A program made the position numbers and the translations under genes. A model generated the notes under the pieces. It saw nothing but the letters and a program-made list of their open reading frames with translations. It did not search any database and had not been told where the DNA came from. From an uncultured delta proteobacterium (lineage in GTDB: Bacteria > Desulfobacterota > Desulfuromonadia > Geobacterales > DSM-12255), in the NCBI GenBank assembly GCA_963787125.1, contig CAWBBV010000024.1:110114-174113 (forward strand): DNA of 64,000 bases, written 5' to 3'. Below, piece after piece: positions 50,721-59,903 of the stretch; positions within the stretch are counted from its first letter, which is position 1; each line of letters opens with the position of its first letter.

Positions 50721-51195
50721 AATAGAACGCGGATGACGCGGATTGAGCGGATTAGCGCTGATTACCATTGGGGGAATTTATGCTTCATTCTGATGTTACG
50801 GATGGGATCCTTAAGGCTTTCTACAAAGTATACAATTCTCTTGGGTATGGGTTCCTTGAAAAAGTCTATGAAAATGCTTTGTTGATAGAGCTTGCAAAAT
50901 CAGGTTTTCCAGTTGTTCAACAGCATCCAATTCAGGTTTTTTATGAAAAACAACAGGTAGGTGAATATTTTGCCGATCTCATGGTGAATAATTTGGTAGT
51001 TCTTGAGTTGAAAACATCCGAGCAACTTCGTCAGGAACATGTTGCGCAATTGACCAACTATTTGAAAGCAACACAAAAAGAGGTTGGTTTGTTGTTGAAT
51101 TTTGGTCCTAAACCGGAGTTCAAGAGAGTGGTCTTTACCAATTCATTTCAAAAATCCGTGTAAATCCGCTCAATCCGCGTCATCCGCGTTCTATT
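50721..51195. mobile_element. CGCGGAT inverted-repeat element carrying GxxExxY gene (copy 3)
   Basis: 33-bp perfect inverted repeat 50721-50753 / 51163-51195 enclosing one ORF. Confidence 0.9.
50780..51163 (+). CDS. GxxExxY protein (PD-(D/E)XK nuclease-like)
   Basis: LGYGFLEKVYE signature; ADL..VVLELK; QLTNYLKAT..GLLLNFG. Confidence 0.93.
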   Translation: MLHSDVTDGILKAFYKVYNSLGYGFLEKVYENALLIELAKSGFPVVQQHPIQVFYEKQQVGEYFADLMVNNLVVLELKTSEQLRQEHVAQLTNYLKATQKEVGLLLNFGPKPEFKRVVFTNSFQKSV

Positions 51196-51208
51196 AAGGT
51201 TCTAAAAC

Positions 51209-54200
51209 ATGATCGAAAAAATTATCGAATATTCTGCCCGTAACCGGATGATCGTCCTGATGCTGTTCGGGCTGATCATCGTCTGGGGCACCTGGTCGGT
51301 GTACAAGACTCCCGTTGATGCCATTCCGGATCTCTCAGACAATCAGGTAATCGTCTTTACTGATTACCCGGGCCGCTCTCCCCAGGTGGTGGAAGATCAG
51401 GTCACCTATCCGTTGGCGGTCAATCTGCAGGGGTTGCCGCAAGTCCGTGCTGTACGGGCTTCTTCAGCTTTTGGGTTCTCCATGATTTACGTCATCTTCG
51501 AGGACAAGGCTGACATTTACTGGGCAAGAACAAGGGTCCTGGAGCGGCTGAACTATGCTGCCTCCCTGCTGCCGCCGGGTGTCGTCCCGACGCTTGGGCC
51601 CGATGGCACCGGAGTCGGTCATGTCTTCTGGTACACTATCGAGGGTAAGGGGTATGACCTGGAGCAGCTGCGGACGCTGCAGGACTGGTTTGTCCGTTAC
51701 CAGCTCAATACTGTCCAGGGCGTAGCCGAGGTCGCCTCTATCGGTGGACTGGTGCGGGAGTACCAGATCGATCTCGATCCGGCCAAACTGTTTGCCTATA
51801 AGATCAAAGTTGCAAAGATCATGGAGGCGGTCAAGGTCTCCAACAAGGATGTGGGTGGAAAACTGATCGAGCAGGCCGATGCCGAGTACCTGATTCGCGG
51901 TCAGGGGTACGTGAAATCAAAGGCTGATCTGGAGAATATAGTTGTCGGCGCCGACATGCGCGGTACGCCGATTTATCTGAAGAATCTGGGTACGGTGCAG
52001 CTGGGCGGGGCAATCCGTCGCGGTATGCTCGATATGAACGGTGAGGGTGAGGCGGTCGGCGGCATTGTGGTCATGCGCTACGGCGAGAACGCCAAGGATG
52101 TCATTGACCGGGTCAAGATCAAGATCACAGAGCTGGAGAAAGGTTTGCCACCAGGGGTGAAGATCAAGGTCTCCTATGATCGCTCTGACCTTATCATGAG
52201 GGCCATCGACACCCTCAAGAAGAATCTGCTGGAGGAGTCGATAGTCGTCTCCCTAGTAATTCTGCTCTTTCTGCTTCATTTTCAGAGCGCCCTGGTCATC
52301 GTTCTGACCCTGCCGATTTCGGTGCTGATCGCTTTCATCTCCATGAAACTTTTAGGTGTCAGCTCCAATATCATGTCCCTCGGCGGTATCGCCATCGCCA
52401 TCGGTGTGCTGGTGGACGCCGGGGTTATCATGGTGGAGAACTGCTACCGCCACCTCTCGGAGATGCCGCCTGAAGAGCGGGCAGGCAAGCGGCTTGATGT
52501 GGTCATTACCTCGGCCAAACAGGTCGGACGGGCGATTTTTTTCTCCCTGGCCATCATTGTTCTCTCCTTTGTGCCGGTTTTCATGCTGGAAGGGCAGGAG
52601 GGGAAACTCTTTCATCCGCTGGCCTTCACCAAGACCTTTTCCATGATGGGCTCGGCTGTTATCGCCATCACCCTGGTGCCGGTGCTGATGTACTATTTCA
52701 TGCGGGGCAAGATGCCGAAGGAGGAAGCCAATCCGGTATCGACGTTCTTTATCAAGCTTTATTCGCCGGTCATCCGCTGGGTGCTGGTCTGGAAAAAAAC
52801 CACTATCGCCCTAAACCTCGTCGCCCTGGCGATTGCGGTACCGATGTTCATGAAGCTTGGAAGCGAATTTATGCCACCTCTGGATGAAGGCTCGCTTCTC
52901 TACATGCCGGTGACGCTCCCCAATGTCTCCATTACCGAAGCAAAAAGGCTGATTCAGGTGCAGGACACCATCATCAAGAGTCTGCCTGAAGTCGAGCATG
53001 TCCTCGGCAAGGTCGGCAGGGCAGAGACTTCCACCGACCCGGCGCCGGTCTCCATGTTCGAATCCATCATCATCCTCAAGCCCAAAGATAAATGGCGGCC
53101 GGGGATCAAGAAGGCTGATATCGTCGCCGAGCTCGACTCCAGGCTGCAGCAGATCGGCGTCCGTAACGGTTGGACCCAGCCGATCATCAACCGGATCAAC
53201 ATGCTCTCCACCGGGGTGCGTACTGACCTGGGGGTAAAAATTTTCGGCAATGATCTGAATGTGCTTAAAGACCTGGCAATTCAGGCTGAAGCTATTCTGA
53301 AACCGATTCATGGCGCCGCCGATGTGGTGGCGGAGCGGGTCACCGGCGGCAATTACATCGACATTGATATCGACCGGGAGGCTGCCGCCCGCTATGGCGT
53401 CAGCGTCGGTGACATCCAGGATATCATTGAAACCGCTCTTGGCGGCGAGATGCTCTCCACAACCGTCGAGGGGCGTAACCGCTTCCCGATCCGTATCCGC
53501 TATCTGCGCGACTACCGCGACAATATCCCGGCTATCCGCCGCATCCTTGTCGCTGGGATGGAGGGGGCCCAGGTGCCGCTCTCATTGGTGACGAAGCTGA
53601 AAATCTCCACCGGTGCGCCGGAGATCAACAGCGAAGGGGGGCTCCTTCGGTCCCTGGTCTTTCTCAATGTCCGTGGCCGCGATATGGGTGGTTTTGTCAC
53701 TGAGGCAAAGCAGATCCTGGAGAAGAATCTCAAGCTGCCTCCCGGCTATTACGTCGCCTGGTCCGGACAGTGGGAGAACCAGCTCCGCGCCAAGGCGCGC
53801 CTGCAGATCCTGATTCCCCTTGGGATGATCATCATCTTCATACTGCTCTACTTCACCTTTCATTCAGCTCTGGAGGCGAGCATGGTTATGCTCTCAGTCC
53901 CTTTTGCCCTGGTGGGTGGGGTCTATCTGGTTGCGGCTTTAGGCTATAATCTCTCGGTGGCGGTCTGGGTAGGTTTCATCGCCCTCTACGGCATAGCTGT
54001 GGAGACCGGAGTGGTCATGGTCATCTACCTGCACGAGGCGCTGGACAAGAAGCTCATTAACGGTCCCTGCAGTGAGCAGGATATTTACGATGCCACGTTC
54101 GAGGGGGCGGTGCTGCGCCTGCGACCCAAATTGATGACCGTGGCGGTGGCTCTTTTGGGCTTGATACCGATCATGTGGTCAACCGGTACCGGTGCCGATG

Positions 54201-54346
54201 TCATGAAACCGATTGCCGCGCCGATGATTGGCGGGATGATTTCGTCGGCAGTTCATGTGCTCATCATGACTCCGGTGATCTTTGTGTTGATGAAGAAGCG
54301 GGACTTGAAGAGGGGGAAGCTGCACTATTCGGGGATGAAGCATTAA
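51209..54346 (+). CDS. cusA: CusA/CzcA family heavy-metal efflux RND transporter
   Basis: DAIPDLSDNQV, EDQVTYP, GSEFMPPLDEG, TDPAP.SMFE, LRLRPKLMT. Confidence 0.93.
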   Translation: MIEKIIEYSARNRMIVLMLFGLIIVWGTWSVYKTPVDAIPDLSDNQVIVFTDYPGRSPQVVEDQVTYPLAVNLQGLPQVRAVRASSAFGFSMIYVIFEDKADIYWARTRVLERLNYAASLLPPGVVPTLGPDGTGVGHVFWYTIEGKGYDLEQLRTLQDWFVRYQLNTVQGVAEVASIGGLVREYQIDLDPAKLFAYKIKVAKIMEAVKVSNKDVGGKLIEQADAEYLIRGQGYVKSKADLENIVVGADMRGTPIYLKNLGTVQLGGAIRRGMLDMNGEGEAVGGIVVMRYGENAKDVIDRVKIKITELEKGLPPGVKIKVSYDRSDLIMRAIDTLKKNLLEESIVVSLVILLFLLHFQSALVIVLTLPISVLIAFISMKLLGVSSNIMSLGGIAIAIGVLVDAGVIMVENCYRHLSEMPPEERAGKRLDVVITSAKQVGRAIFFSLAIIVLSFVPVFMLEGQEGKLFHPLAFTKTFSMMGSAVIAITLVPVLMYYFMRGKMPKEEANPVSTFFIKLYSPVIRWVLVWKKTTIALNLVALAIAVPMFMKLGSEFMPPLDEGSLLYMPVTLPNVSITEAKRLIQVQDTIIKSLPEVEHVLGKVGRAETSTDPAPVSMFESIIILKPKDKWRPGIKKADIVAELDSRLQQIGVRNGWTQPIINRINMLSTGVRTDLGVKIFGNDLNVLKDLAIQAEAILKPIHGAADVVAERVTGGNYIDIDIDREAAARYGVSVGDIQDIIETALGGEMLSTTVEGRNRFPIRIRYLRDYRDNIPAIRRILVAGMEGAQVPLSLVTKLKISTGAPEINSEGGLLRSLVFLNVRGRDMGGFVTEAKQILEKNLKLPPGYYVAWSGQWENQLRAKARLQILIPLGMIIIFILLYFTFHSALEASMVMLSVPFALVGGVYLVAALGYNLSVAVWVGFIALYGIAVETGVVMVIYLHEALDKKLINGPCSEQDIYDATFEGAVLRLRPKLMTVAVALLGLIPIMWSTGTGADVMKPIAAPMIGGMISSAVHVLIMTPVIFVLMKKRDLKRGKLHYSGMKH

Positions 54347-54357
54347 CAATCACAAGG

Positions 54358-54451
54358 AATGTAACGCGGATTAATTTTATTTCCGCAGCTAACGCAAAAT
54401 AGAAAAACTGTACCTGAGGCCAAAGTAAATCTGCCCAATCCTCGGTCTATT
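54358..54451. mobile_element. Degenerate CGCGGAT inverted-repeat element (copy 4)
   Basis: AATGTAACGCGGATT ... AAATCTGCCCAATCCTCGGTCTATT. Confidence 0.6.
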
Positions 54452-54486
54452 GCAGTTGACTTTAAAACCAAAAGGAGAAAGCTAAA

Positions 54487-54948
54487 ATGAAAAAACTTGT
54501 TTTCGCAGCAATGATGGTTGCACTGTCAGTAGTACCTGCTCTGGCAGCGGAAAAAGACCACACCGGTCACGGTATGACCTATGGGGAAACCAGTAGCGCC
54601 GCGCATCAGGAGGTCATTGACGGGGTCAAGGTGACCTTTAATGTTAAGACTATGAAAGCGGCGATGAAAGAGATGGGGATGTCGATGCCAAAAGGCGTTA
54701 AGGAGACCCATCATATTTCGGTTGCATTCAATGATATGAAAACCGGCAAGGCATTAACTGAGGGAGAGGTTAAGGTAAAGGTGCAGGCACCTGACAAAAG
54801 TGAGCAGACGAAAGATATGCCGGGAATGCACGGTCATTTTGGCGCTGATTTCGAGCTTGCTAAAAAGGGGAAGTACGGGGTAATGTGCAAATTCAAGCTC
54901 TCTGATGGCAAGGTGAGAAGCTCAAAATTCATGTATGATGTCAAATGA
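54487..54948 (+). CDS. Periplasmic Met/His-rich putative metal chaperone
   Basis: Signal peptide; HTGHGM, MKEMGMSMP, THH, MHGHFG. Confidence 0.7.
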   Translation: MKKLVFAAMMVALSVVPALAAEKDHTGHGMTYGETSSAAHQEVIDGVKVTFNVKTMKAAMKEMGMSMPKGVKETHHISVAFNDMKTGKALTEGEVKVKVQAPDKSEQTKDMPGMHGHFGADFELAKKGKYGVMCKFKLSDGKVRSSKFMYDVK

Positions 54949-54996
54949 GATTTTTGTTGCGGCCATTTTTGCGGTTGAACAGTAACTGAACTGATT

Positions 54997-55028
54997 AACG
55001 GGAGAAGGGTGAAAACTCTTCTCCCGTT
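54997..55028 (+). terminator. Terminator-like hairpin
   Basis: AACGGGAGAAG..CTTCTCCCGTT. Confidence 0.65.
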
Positions 55029-55055
55029 CTATTTTGAAATTGGAGTTACCCATAC

Positions 55056-55604
55056 ATGCAAAGTACAGCAAAAAGTTTTGTTAAGCTTTTAGTCGTTTCA
55101 TTCGTGATGTTTTCGTCGGTCGCAACCGGCAGGGCGGCCGACAGTATGGCCGTTGCCGGTGATGTAACAACTGCCGTTGTAGCTGTTGCTGCCGGAGGTA
55201 TGACCTTGATGCAGAATGATCGTGAAGGGATGGTGCAGTTGGTAAAGTCAGCGGCACTTGATCTGGCGGTGACCTACGGGCTTAAATTTTCCGTTCACGA
55301 AAGAAGGCCAAACGGTGAAGACAATCAATCTTTCCCGTCTGCTCACACCTCGGTGGCATTTACTTCGGCGGAGTATCTGCGGAAGCGCTACGGCTGGGTG
55401 TACGGGATTCCTGCTTATGGCCTGGCATCCTTTGTTGCCTATAGCCGGGTAGAGTCTGACAAGCATTATGCCAAGGACGTTATTGCCGGTGCGGCCATAG
55501 GTATTGCCAGCAGCTATATCTTCACAACTCCGAACCTGAATTTTAAAGTCAGTGCTGAAGCGGTGCACGGATATTATGGAATCAAGCTGGCAAAGGCCTG
55601 GTAG
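55056..55604 (+). CDS. PAP2 family phosphatase (LpxE-like)
   Basis: K..ERRP, SFPSAH, SRVESDKHY..DV. Confidence 0.88.
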   Translation: MQSTAKSFVKLLVVSFVMFSSVATGRAADSMAVAGDVTTAVVAVAAGGMTLMQNDREGMVQLVKSAALDLAVTYGLKFSVHERRPNGEDNQSFPSAHTSVAFTSAEYLRKRYGWVYGIPAYGLASFVAYSRVESDKHYAKDVIAGAAIGIASSYIFTTPNLNFKVSAEAVHGYYGIKLAKAW

Positions 55605-55635
55605 GGTAAATACTCCGGGAATTCAGAGGTTAAAT

Positions 55636-56007
55636 ATGAACCGTAAAATAGATTCAATCGAGATTCTTCGTGACCGGCTGCGGGTATTTGCTAAAGAGCG
55701 TGATTGGGATCAGTTTCATACCCCCAAAAACCTTTCCATGGCGCTGATCGCCGAAGCGGCAGAGCTGGTGGAGCATTTTCAGTGGGTCGATGGTGATAAG
55801 AGTCACCTTCTGGAAGAGAAAGTGCGTCCTTCAGTTGAGGAAGAGTTAGCGGATATCTTCATCTATCTGGTCAGGATTGCCGATAAACTTGATATTGATC
55901 TTTATAGCGCCGCTGATCGCAAGATCGCCATAAACGCCCGTAAATACCCGGCTGACAAGGTTAAGGGGAGTGCGAAGAAATACACTGAGTACGCAGTTGA
56001 GCCGTAA
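55636..56007 (+). CDS. MazG-like nucleotide pyrophosphohydrolase (dCTPase family)
   Basis: ERDWDQFHTPKNL..EAAEL..EELADI..KYP. Confidence 0.92.
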   Translation: MNRKIDSIEILRDRLRVFAKERDWDQFHTPKNLSMALIAEAAELVEHFQWVDGDKSHLLEEKVRPSVEEELADIFIYLVRIADKLDIDLYSAADRKIAINARKYPADKVKGSAKKYTEYAVEP

Positions 56008-56905
56008 TCTCCTGGTTATTCTTGGACCGACTGCCTGCGGAAAGACCCGTCTTGCAGTTGCCGTAGCCCGTGCTCTTGATGGTGAAATAATTTCTGCAGA
56101 TTCCCGCCAGGTTTTCAAAGGTATGGACATCGGCACCGGCAAGGATCTTGATGAGTATGGTGAGGTGCCGTATCATCTCATCGACATTCTTGAATCTGGC
56201 CAGGAATTCAGTCTCTTTGATTTTCAGCGGCATTTTACTGACGCCTTCAGGCTGGTGACAGCAAGGAGCAGGCTACCGATTCTGGCCGGGGGCACCGGCC
56301 TTTATCTGGACTGCGTTCTGCGTGGTTATCAGATGGTGGCTGTCGCTGAAAACACGGAGCTGCGCCTGGAGCTGGCCGAACTGGCAGATGATCAACTGCG
56401 TGAACGGCTCTTGTCGCTTGTTCCCGAGCAGCATAACACAACCGATCTGCTGGAGCGGGAGCGGCTTGTCCGCGCTATTGAAATTGCCTCCAGGCAAAAG
56501 AGTTGCGGCAATGCAGAGATGAGCCGATTGCCAGTCTGTAAACCACTGGTTTTCGGTATAAAGTTTGAGCGGGGAATAGTTCGTCAGCGCATTACAGAAC
56601 GTCTGAAAGTTCGCATGAACAGCGGCATGATAGAGGAGGTCAAACATCTTCTTGAGAGCGGTGTGACGGCAGAGCGTCTTGAATATTACGGGCTTGAATA
56701 TCGCTATATCTGCCGTTATCTTACCGGTGAGCTGTGCCGCAATGACATGTTTCAGAAACTGAATTCAGCTATTCATGATTTTGCCAAAAAACAGGAAAAC
56801 TGGTTTCGTCGGATGGAGAAACACGGAGTAGAAATCATCTGGCTTGATCCAGCTGCCGACCCGCTGGAGAAGCTCCTGAGTGAGTGGCGCCGCCGTGAAG
56901 CCTGA
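55997..56905 (+). CDS. miaA: tRNA dimethylallyltransferase
   Basis: GPTACGKT, SADSRQV, DIGTGK, GGTGLY, FAKKQENWF; start uncertain. Confidence 0.9.
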   Translation: MSRNLLVILGPTACGKTRLAVAVARALDGEIISADSRQVFKGMDIGTGKDLDEYGEVPYHLIDILESGQEFSLFDFQRHFTDAFRLVTARSRLPILAGGTGLYLDCVLRGYQMVAVAENTELRLELAELADDQLRERLLSLVPEQHNTTDLLERERLVRAIEIASRQKSCGNAEMSRLPVCKPLVFGIKFERGIVRQRITERLKVRMNSGMIEEVKHLLESGVTAERLEYYGLEYRYICRYLTGELCRNDMFQKLNSAIHDFAKKQENWFRRMEKHGVEIIWLDPAADPLEKLLSEWRRREA

Positions 56906-58151
56906 ACCTTTTGTTGATTATCTTGCCAGAAGAGCAGCAGTCGGGCCATGGACGCTGAAAATTGCGGCAGATTGTCCTCTCCCGGGCGCTATTGTCATTC
57001 CGGCTCTTGCTGAAACTGAGTCTATCCCCCGGTTAATTGAGTCGCTCACTGCTGACCATACCCTGGCGGAATCCGGACTTGCAGTGATTTTTGTGGTCAA
57101 TAACCGCCTTGACGCCTCAACTGCTGAGAAAGAGGACAATCTTGCCACGCTGAAGCTGCTTGCGTCCCTACAGAGTAAACTCTCTTTTCCGCTGGGGTTG
57201 GTGGATGCGGCATCGAAAGGGCTGGAGCTGCCGCTGAAGGATGGCGGGGTAGGGCTTGCGCGCAAGCTGGGTCATGACCTTCTTCTCCCGCTGCTTGATT
57301 TTTCGACTGCTGACCCCCTGATTGTCTCCCTTGACGCCGATACTGTTGTAGAACCAGGCTACGCCGGAGCGATCCTGGATCATTTTCGCCGGACATCTGC
57401 CGGTGGAGCGGTTATTCCCTTTAGGCACCTTCCCGCAAAAGGAGAAAAAGAGAGTAGGGCGATTGAGCGTTATGAGCTTTTCCTGCGCTGTTATGTTGCC
57501 GGTCTTTCTTATGCAGGATCTCCGTATGCATTTCATACGGTTGGCAGCGCCATGGCCTGTCGCGCTTCGGCCTATCTGAAATGCGGCGGGATGAACAGAC
57601 GCCGGGCAGGCGAAGATTTCTATTTTCTTCAGGCGCTGGCAAAAACTTCCGGAGTTGCTCAGGTTAACGGTACCAGTGTCTACCCGTCACCACGCCGGTC
57701 AAACAGGGTCCCTTTCGGCACCGGCCGTGCAGTGGGAATGCTGCTTGATGACGAGCCGGACGCGATACTTTTCTATCGACCGGCCTGCTATCTACTGCTG
57801 AAATCGTGGCTGGAGATCGCTATGGAGGCATGCATAGCAAGGAGTAACAGCCTCCCGGCAAAAGGTCAGATGCTTTCCTGCAGCCTTGGAGATTTTCTTA
57901 AGGAGCAGAAATTCGAAAGCTCTTGGCAAGGATTCCTTCAACAACACTCTACTGAAGAGAGATTGAAGTCAGCCTTTCACGGCTGGTTCGATGCATTCAG
58001 AATCATGAAGCTGTTTCATTATCTTGCGGAGAGAGACTGGCCACGGTCTGAACCGCTAGAGGTATTGGGAAGCTTCCCCGCAGCGTGGGGTAAGGCGGAG
58101 TTTTCGCCGAGTGAGAGGCTGGATTTTTTGCGGGGTGCGCAAAGCGTCTGA
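56880..58151 (+). CDS. Glycosyltransferase family 2-like protein
   Basis: IVIPA, GVGLARK, LDADT, AGEDFYFL. Confidence 0.75.
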   Translation: MSGAAVKPEPFVDYLARRAAVGPWTLKIAADCPLPGAIVIPALAETESIPRLIESLTADHTLAESGLAVIFVVNNRLDASTAEKEDNLATLKLLASLQSKLSFPLGLVDAASKGLELPLKDGGVGLARKLGHDLLLPLLDFSTADPLIVSLDADTVVEPGYAGAILDHFRRTSAGGAVIPFRHLPAKGEKESRAIERYELFLRCYVAGLSYAGSPYAFHTVGSAMACRASAYLKCGGMNRRRAGEDFYFLQALAKTSGVAQVNGTSVYPSPRRSNRVPFGTGRAVGMLLDDEPDAILFYRPACYLLLKSWLEIAMEACIARSNSLPAKGQMLSCSLGDFLKEQKFESSWQGFLQQHSTEERLKSAFHGWFDAFRIMKLFHYLAERDWPRSEPLEVLGSFPAAWGKAEFSPSERLDFLRGAQSV

Positions 58152-58168
58152 CATTCTATTTGAAATCA

Positions 58169-58334
58169 CAGGAGCCTGTCGGACTTAGGAAATCAAAGCG
58201 AAAATTCGGCTGGACGAGGACAGATTTAGTCAATTTTGAAGGTCAATAGTCGTTCTATTGACCAAGAAAGCGGATAAATATGGACCGTTCAGACGGATTT
58301 GCAGCTGATTTATTCTAATTCCGACAGACTCCTG
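58169..58334. mobile_element. 166-bp palindromic MITE/REP-like element
   Basis: Ends CAGGAGCCTGTCGGACTTAG / CTAATTCCGACAGACTCCTG; central GGTCAATAG-N5-CTATTGACC. Confidence 0.8.
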
Positions 58335-58355
58335 AACAGGAGAAAAATAAATCTG

Positions 58356-59738
58356 TCAGTAAATCCTGCGGATTTTATAAAAGCGCCCTTTTATCTTGCT
58401 TTTGCTGAGGCAGGCAAGAGCCTGTTCGGCGCTTGAGCGGACAATTGCTACGTATGAGCTGAATTCGAGTATGTTGATCCTGCCGACTTCACTCCCGGCG
58501 ATCTGACCCTCGCCGGTCAGCGCTCCCAGTATGTCGCCTGGTCGCAATTTGTTTTTACGCCCGCCATCAATGCAGAGTGATACCATCGGGGGCGTAAGAA
58601 GTTTTCCTGCTCCTGCGTGCAGAGATCCAAGACTTCCATGAGGTATAGAGGCGCCAAGAATAGTTTCAATCGCCTGCAGTCGCCGGGTTTCCTGTCCTGT
58701 TGCCAGGCTCAATGCCAATCCTGTCTGACCGGCTCGTCCTGTTCGGCCGATGCGGTGGATATGGACTTCAGGGTCTCTGGAGAGTTCATAATTTATCACT
58801 GCAGAGAGTTCCTTGATATCCAGTCCGCGGGCAGCGACATCAGTGCCGACCAGGACTGAAACACTTTTATTGGCAAAGCGAAGGAGAACCTGTTCACGCT
58901 CCCTTTGTTCCATGTCTCCATGAATAGGAAGCGCCGAGAAACCGCGTTTAAGCAAGGCTTCGGCCAATTCCTGACAATCCTTTCTGGTGTTGCAGAATAT
59001 CAGTGCCGATTCGGGCAGATAATGTCCGAGTAATCTGGCCACAGCTTCGGTGCGCCCATCTGTCTCCACTTCAAAAAGCAGCTGCTCTATAATTCCGTCT
59101 TCATGGGCTTCATCGACGCTGACTTCAACCGCCTCGTGCTGGATCGTAGCGCTCATGGCAGCAATGGTTTCCGGGTAGGTGGCAGAGAAGAGCAATACCT
59201 GTTTCTTCTCCGGAGTTGCGCCGAGCAGTTCGCTGATTTCATCATGAAATCCCATGTCAAGCATGCGGTCGGCTTCGTCAAGCACAACAGTCCGTAAAAA
59301 ACTCAGATTGAGATTACCTCGCCGCAGATGGTCGAGAAGTCGACCGGGAGTGCCGACTACTATGTGGGCGCCATGTTCAAGTGAAGCGTTTTGGGGGCCA
59401 AAAGGGATGCCACCACAAAGGGATAGAATCTTGATGTTATCAGTAAAACGTGCCAGTCGCCGCAATTCCTTACTTACCTGATCGGCCAGTTCGCGGGTAG
59501 GGCAGAGTACTAGTGCCTGAACTGAAGAACTGTTAGTTTCCAAATGTGTCAGAAGGCCAATGCCAAAGGCAGCCGTCTTGCCACTGCCGGTTTTGGCTTT
59601 GGCAATCACATCCTTTCCCGCCAGAATAAATGGTAAACTATGCGCCTGAATCGGGGTCATTGCTGAATAGCCAAGTGACGCCAAGTTCTTAAGCATTGAA
59701 GGCTTTATCTGGAGCGATGAAAAAGCTTTATGTGGCAT
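58356..59738 (-). CDS. dbpA: ATP-dependent RNA helicase DbpA
   Basis: TGSGKT, DEAD, SAT, HRIGRTGR, C-terminal KLRPGDILGAL. Confidence 0.95.
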   Translation of the reverse strand: MPHKAFSSLQIKPSMLKNLASLGYSAMTPIQAHSLPFILAGKDVIAKAKTGSGKTAAFGIGLLTHLETNSSSVQALVLCPTRELADQVSKELRRLARFTDNIKILSLCGGIPFGPQNASLEHGAHIVVGTPGRLLDHLRRGNLNLSFLRTVVLDEADRMLDMGFHDEISELLGATPEKKQVLLFSATYPETIAAMSATIQHEAVEVSVDEAHEDGIIEQLLFEVETDGRTEAVARLLGHYLPESALIFCNTRKDCQELAEALLKRGFSALPIHGDMEQREREQVLLRFANKSVSVLVGTDVAARGLDIKELSAVINYELSRDPEVHIHRIGRTGRAGQTGLALSLATGQETRRLQAIETILGASIPHGSLGSLHAGAGKLLTPPMVSLCIDGGRKNKLRPGDILGALTGEGQIAGSEVGRINILEFSSYVAIVRSSAEQALACLSKSKIKGRFYKIRRIY

Positions 59739-59903
59739 AAAATACTCTCTTTCTTGAAATACGACTGTTCACACATGGAGTAGCAGCCAGCATGAGGATG
59801 ACAATACTTTAGTAGGAATATGACAAGTTTTGATATTGAGTGAAAGTTGAGGGGAAGTAGCTGCTGTCGGAATGACGACAGCAATGGGGAACTCTGGAAA
59901 TGT

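Noticed and set aside
49853..50722. 289-aa minus-strand ORF (also 43526-44242, 9022-9696, 23236-23901 and similar)
   Set aside because: Antisense shadows of well-supported plus-strand genes; no recognisable motifs
44384..54451. CGCGGAT repeats as a CRISPR array
   Set aside because: Repeats are inverted pairs kilobases apart with no regular spacers and no cas genes
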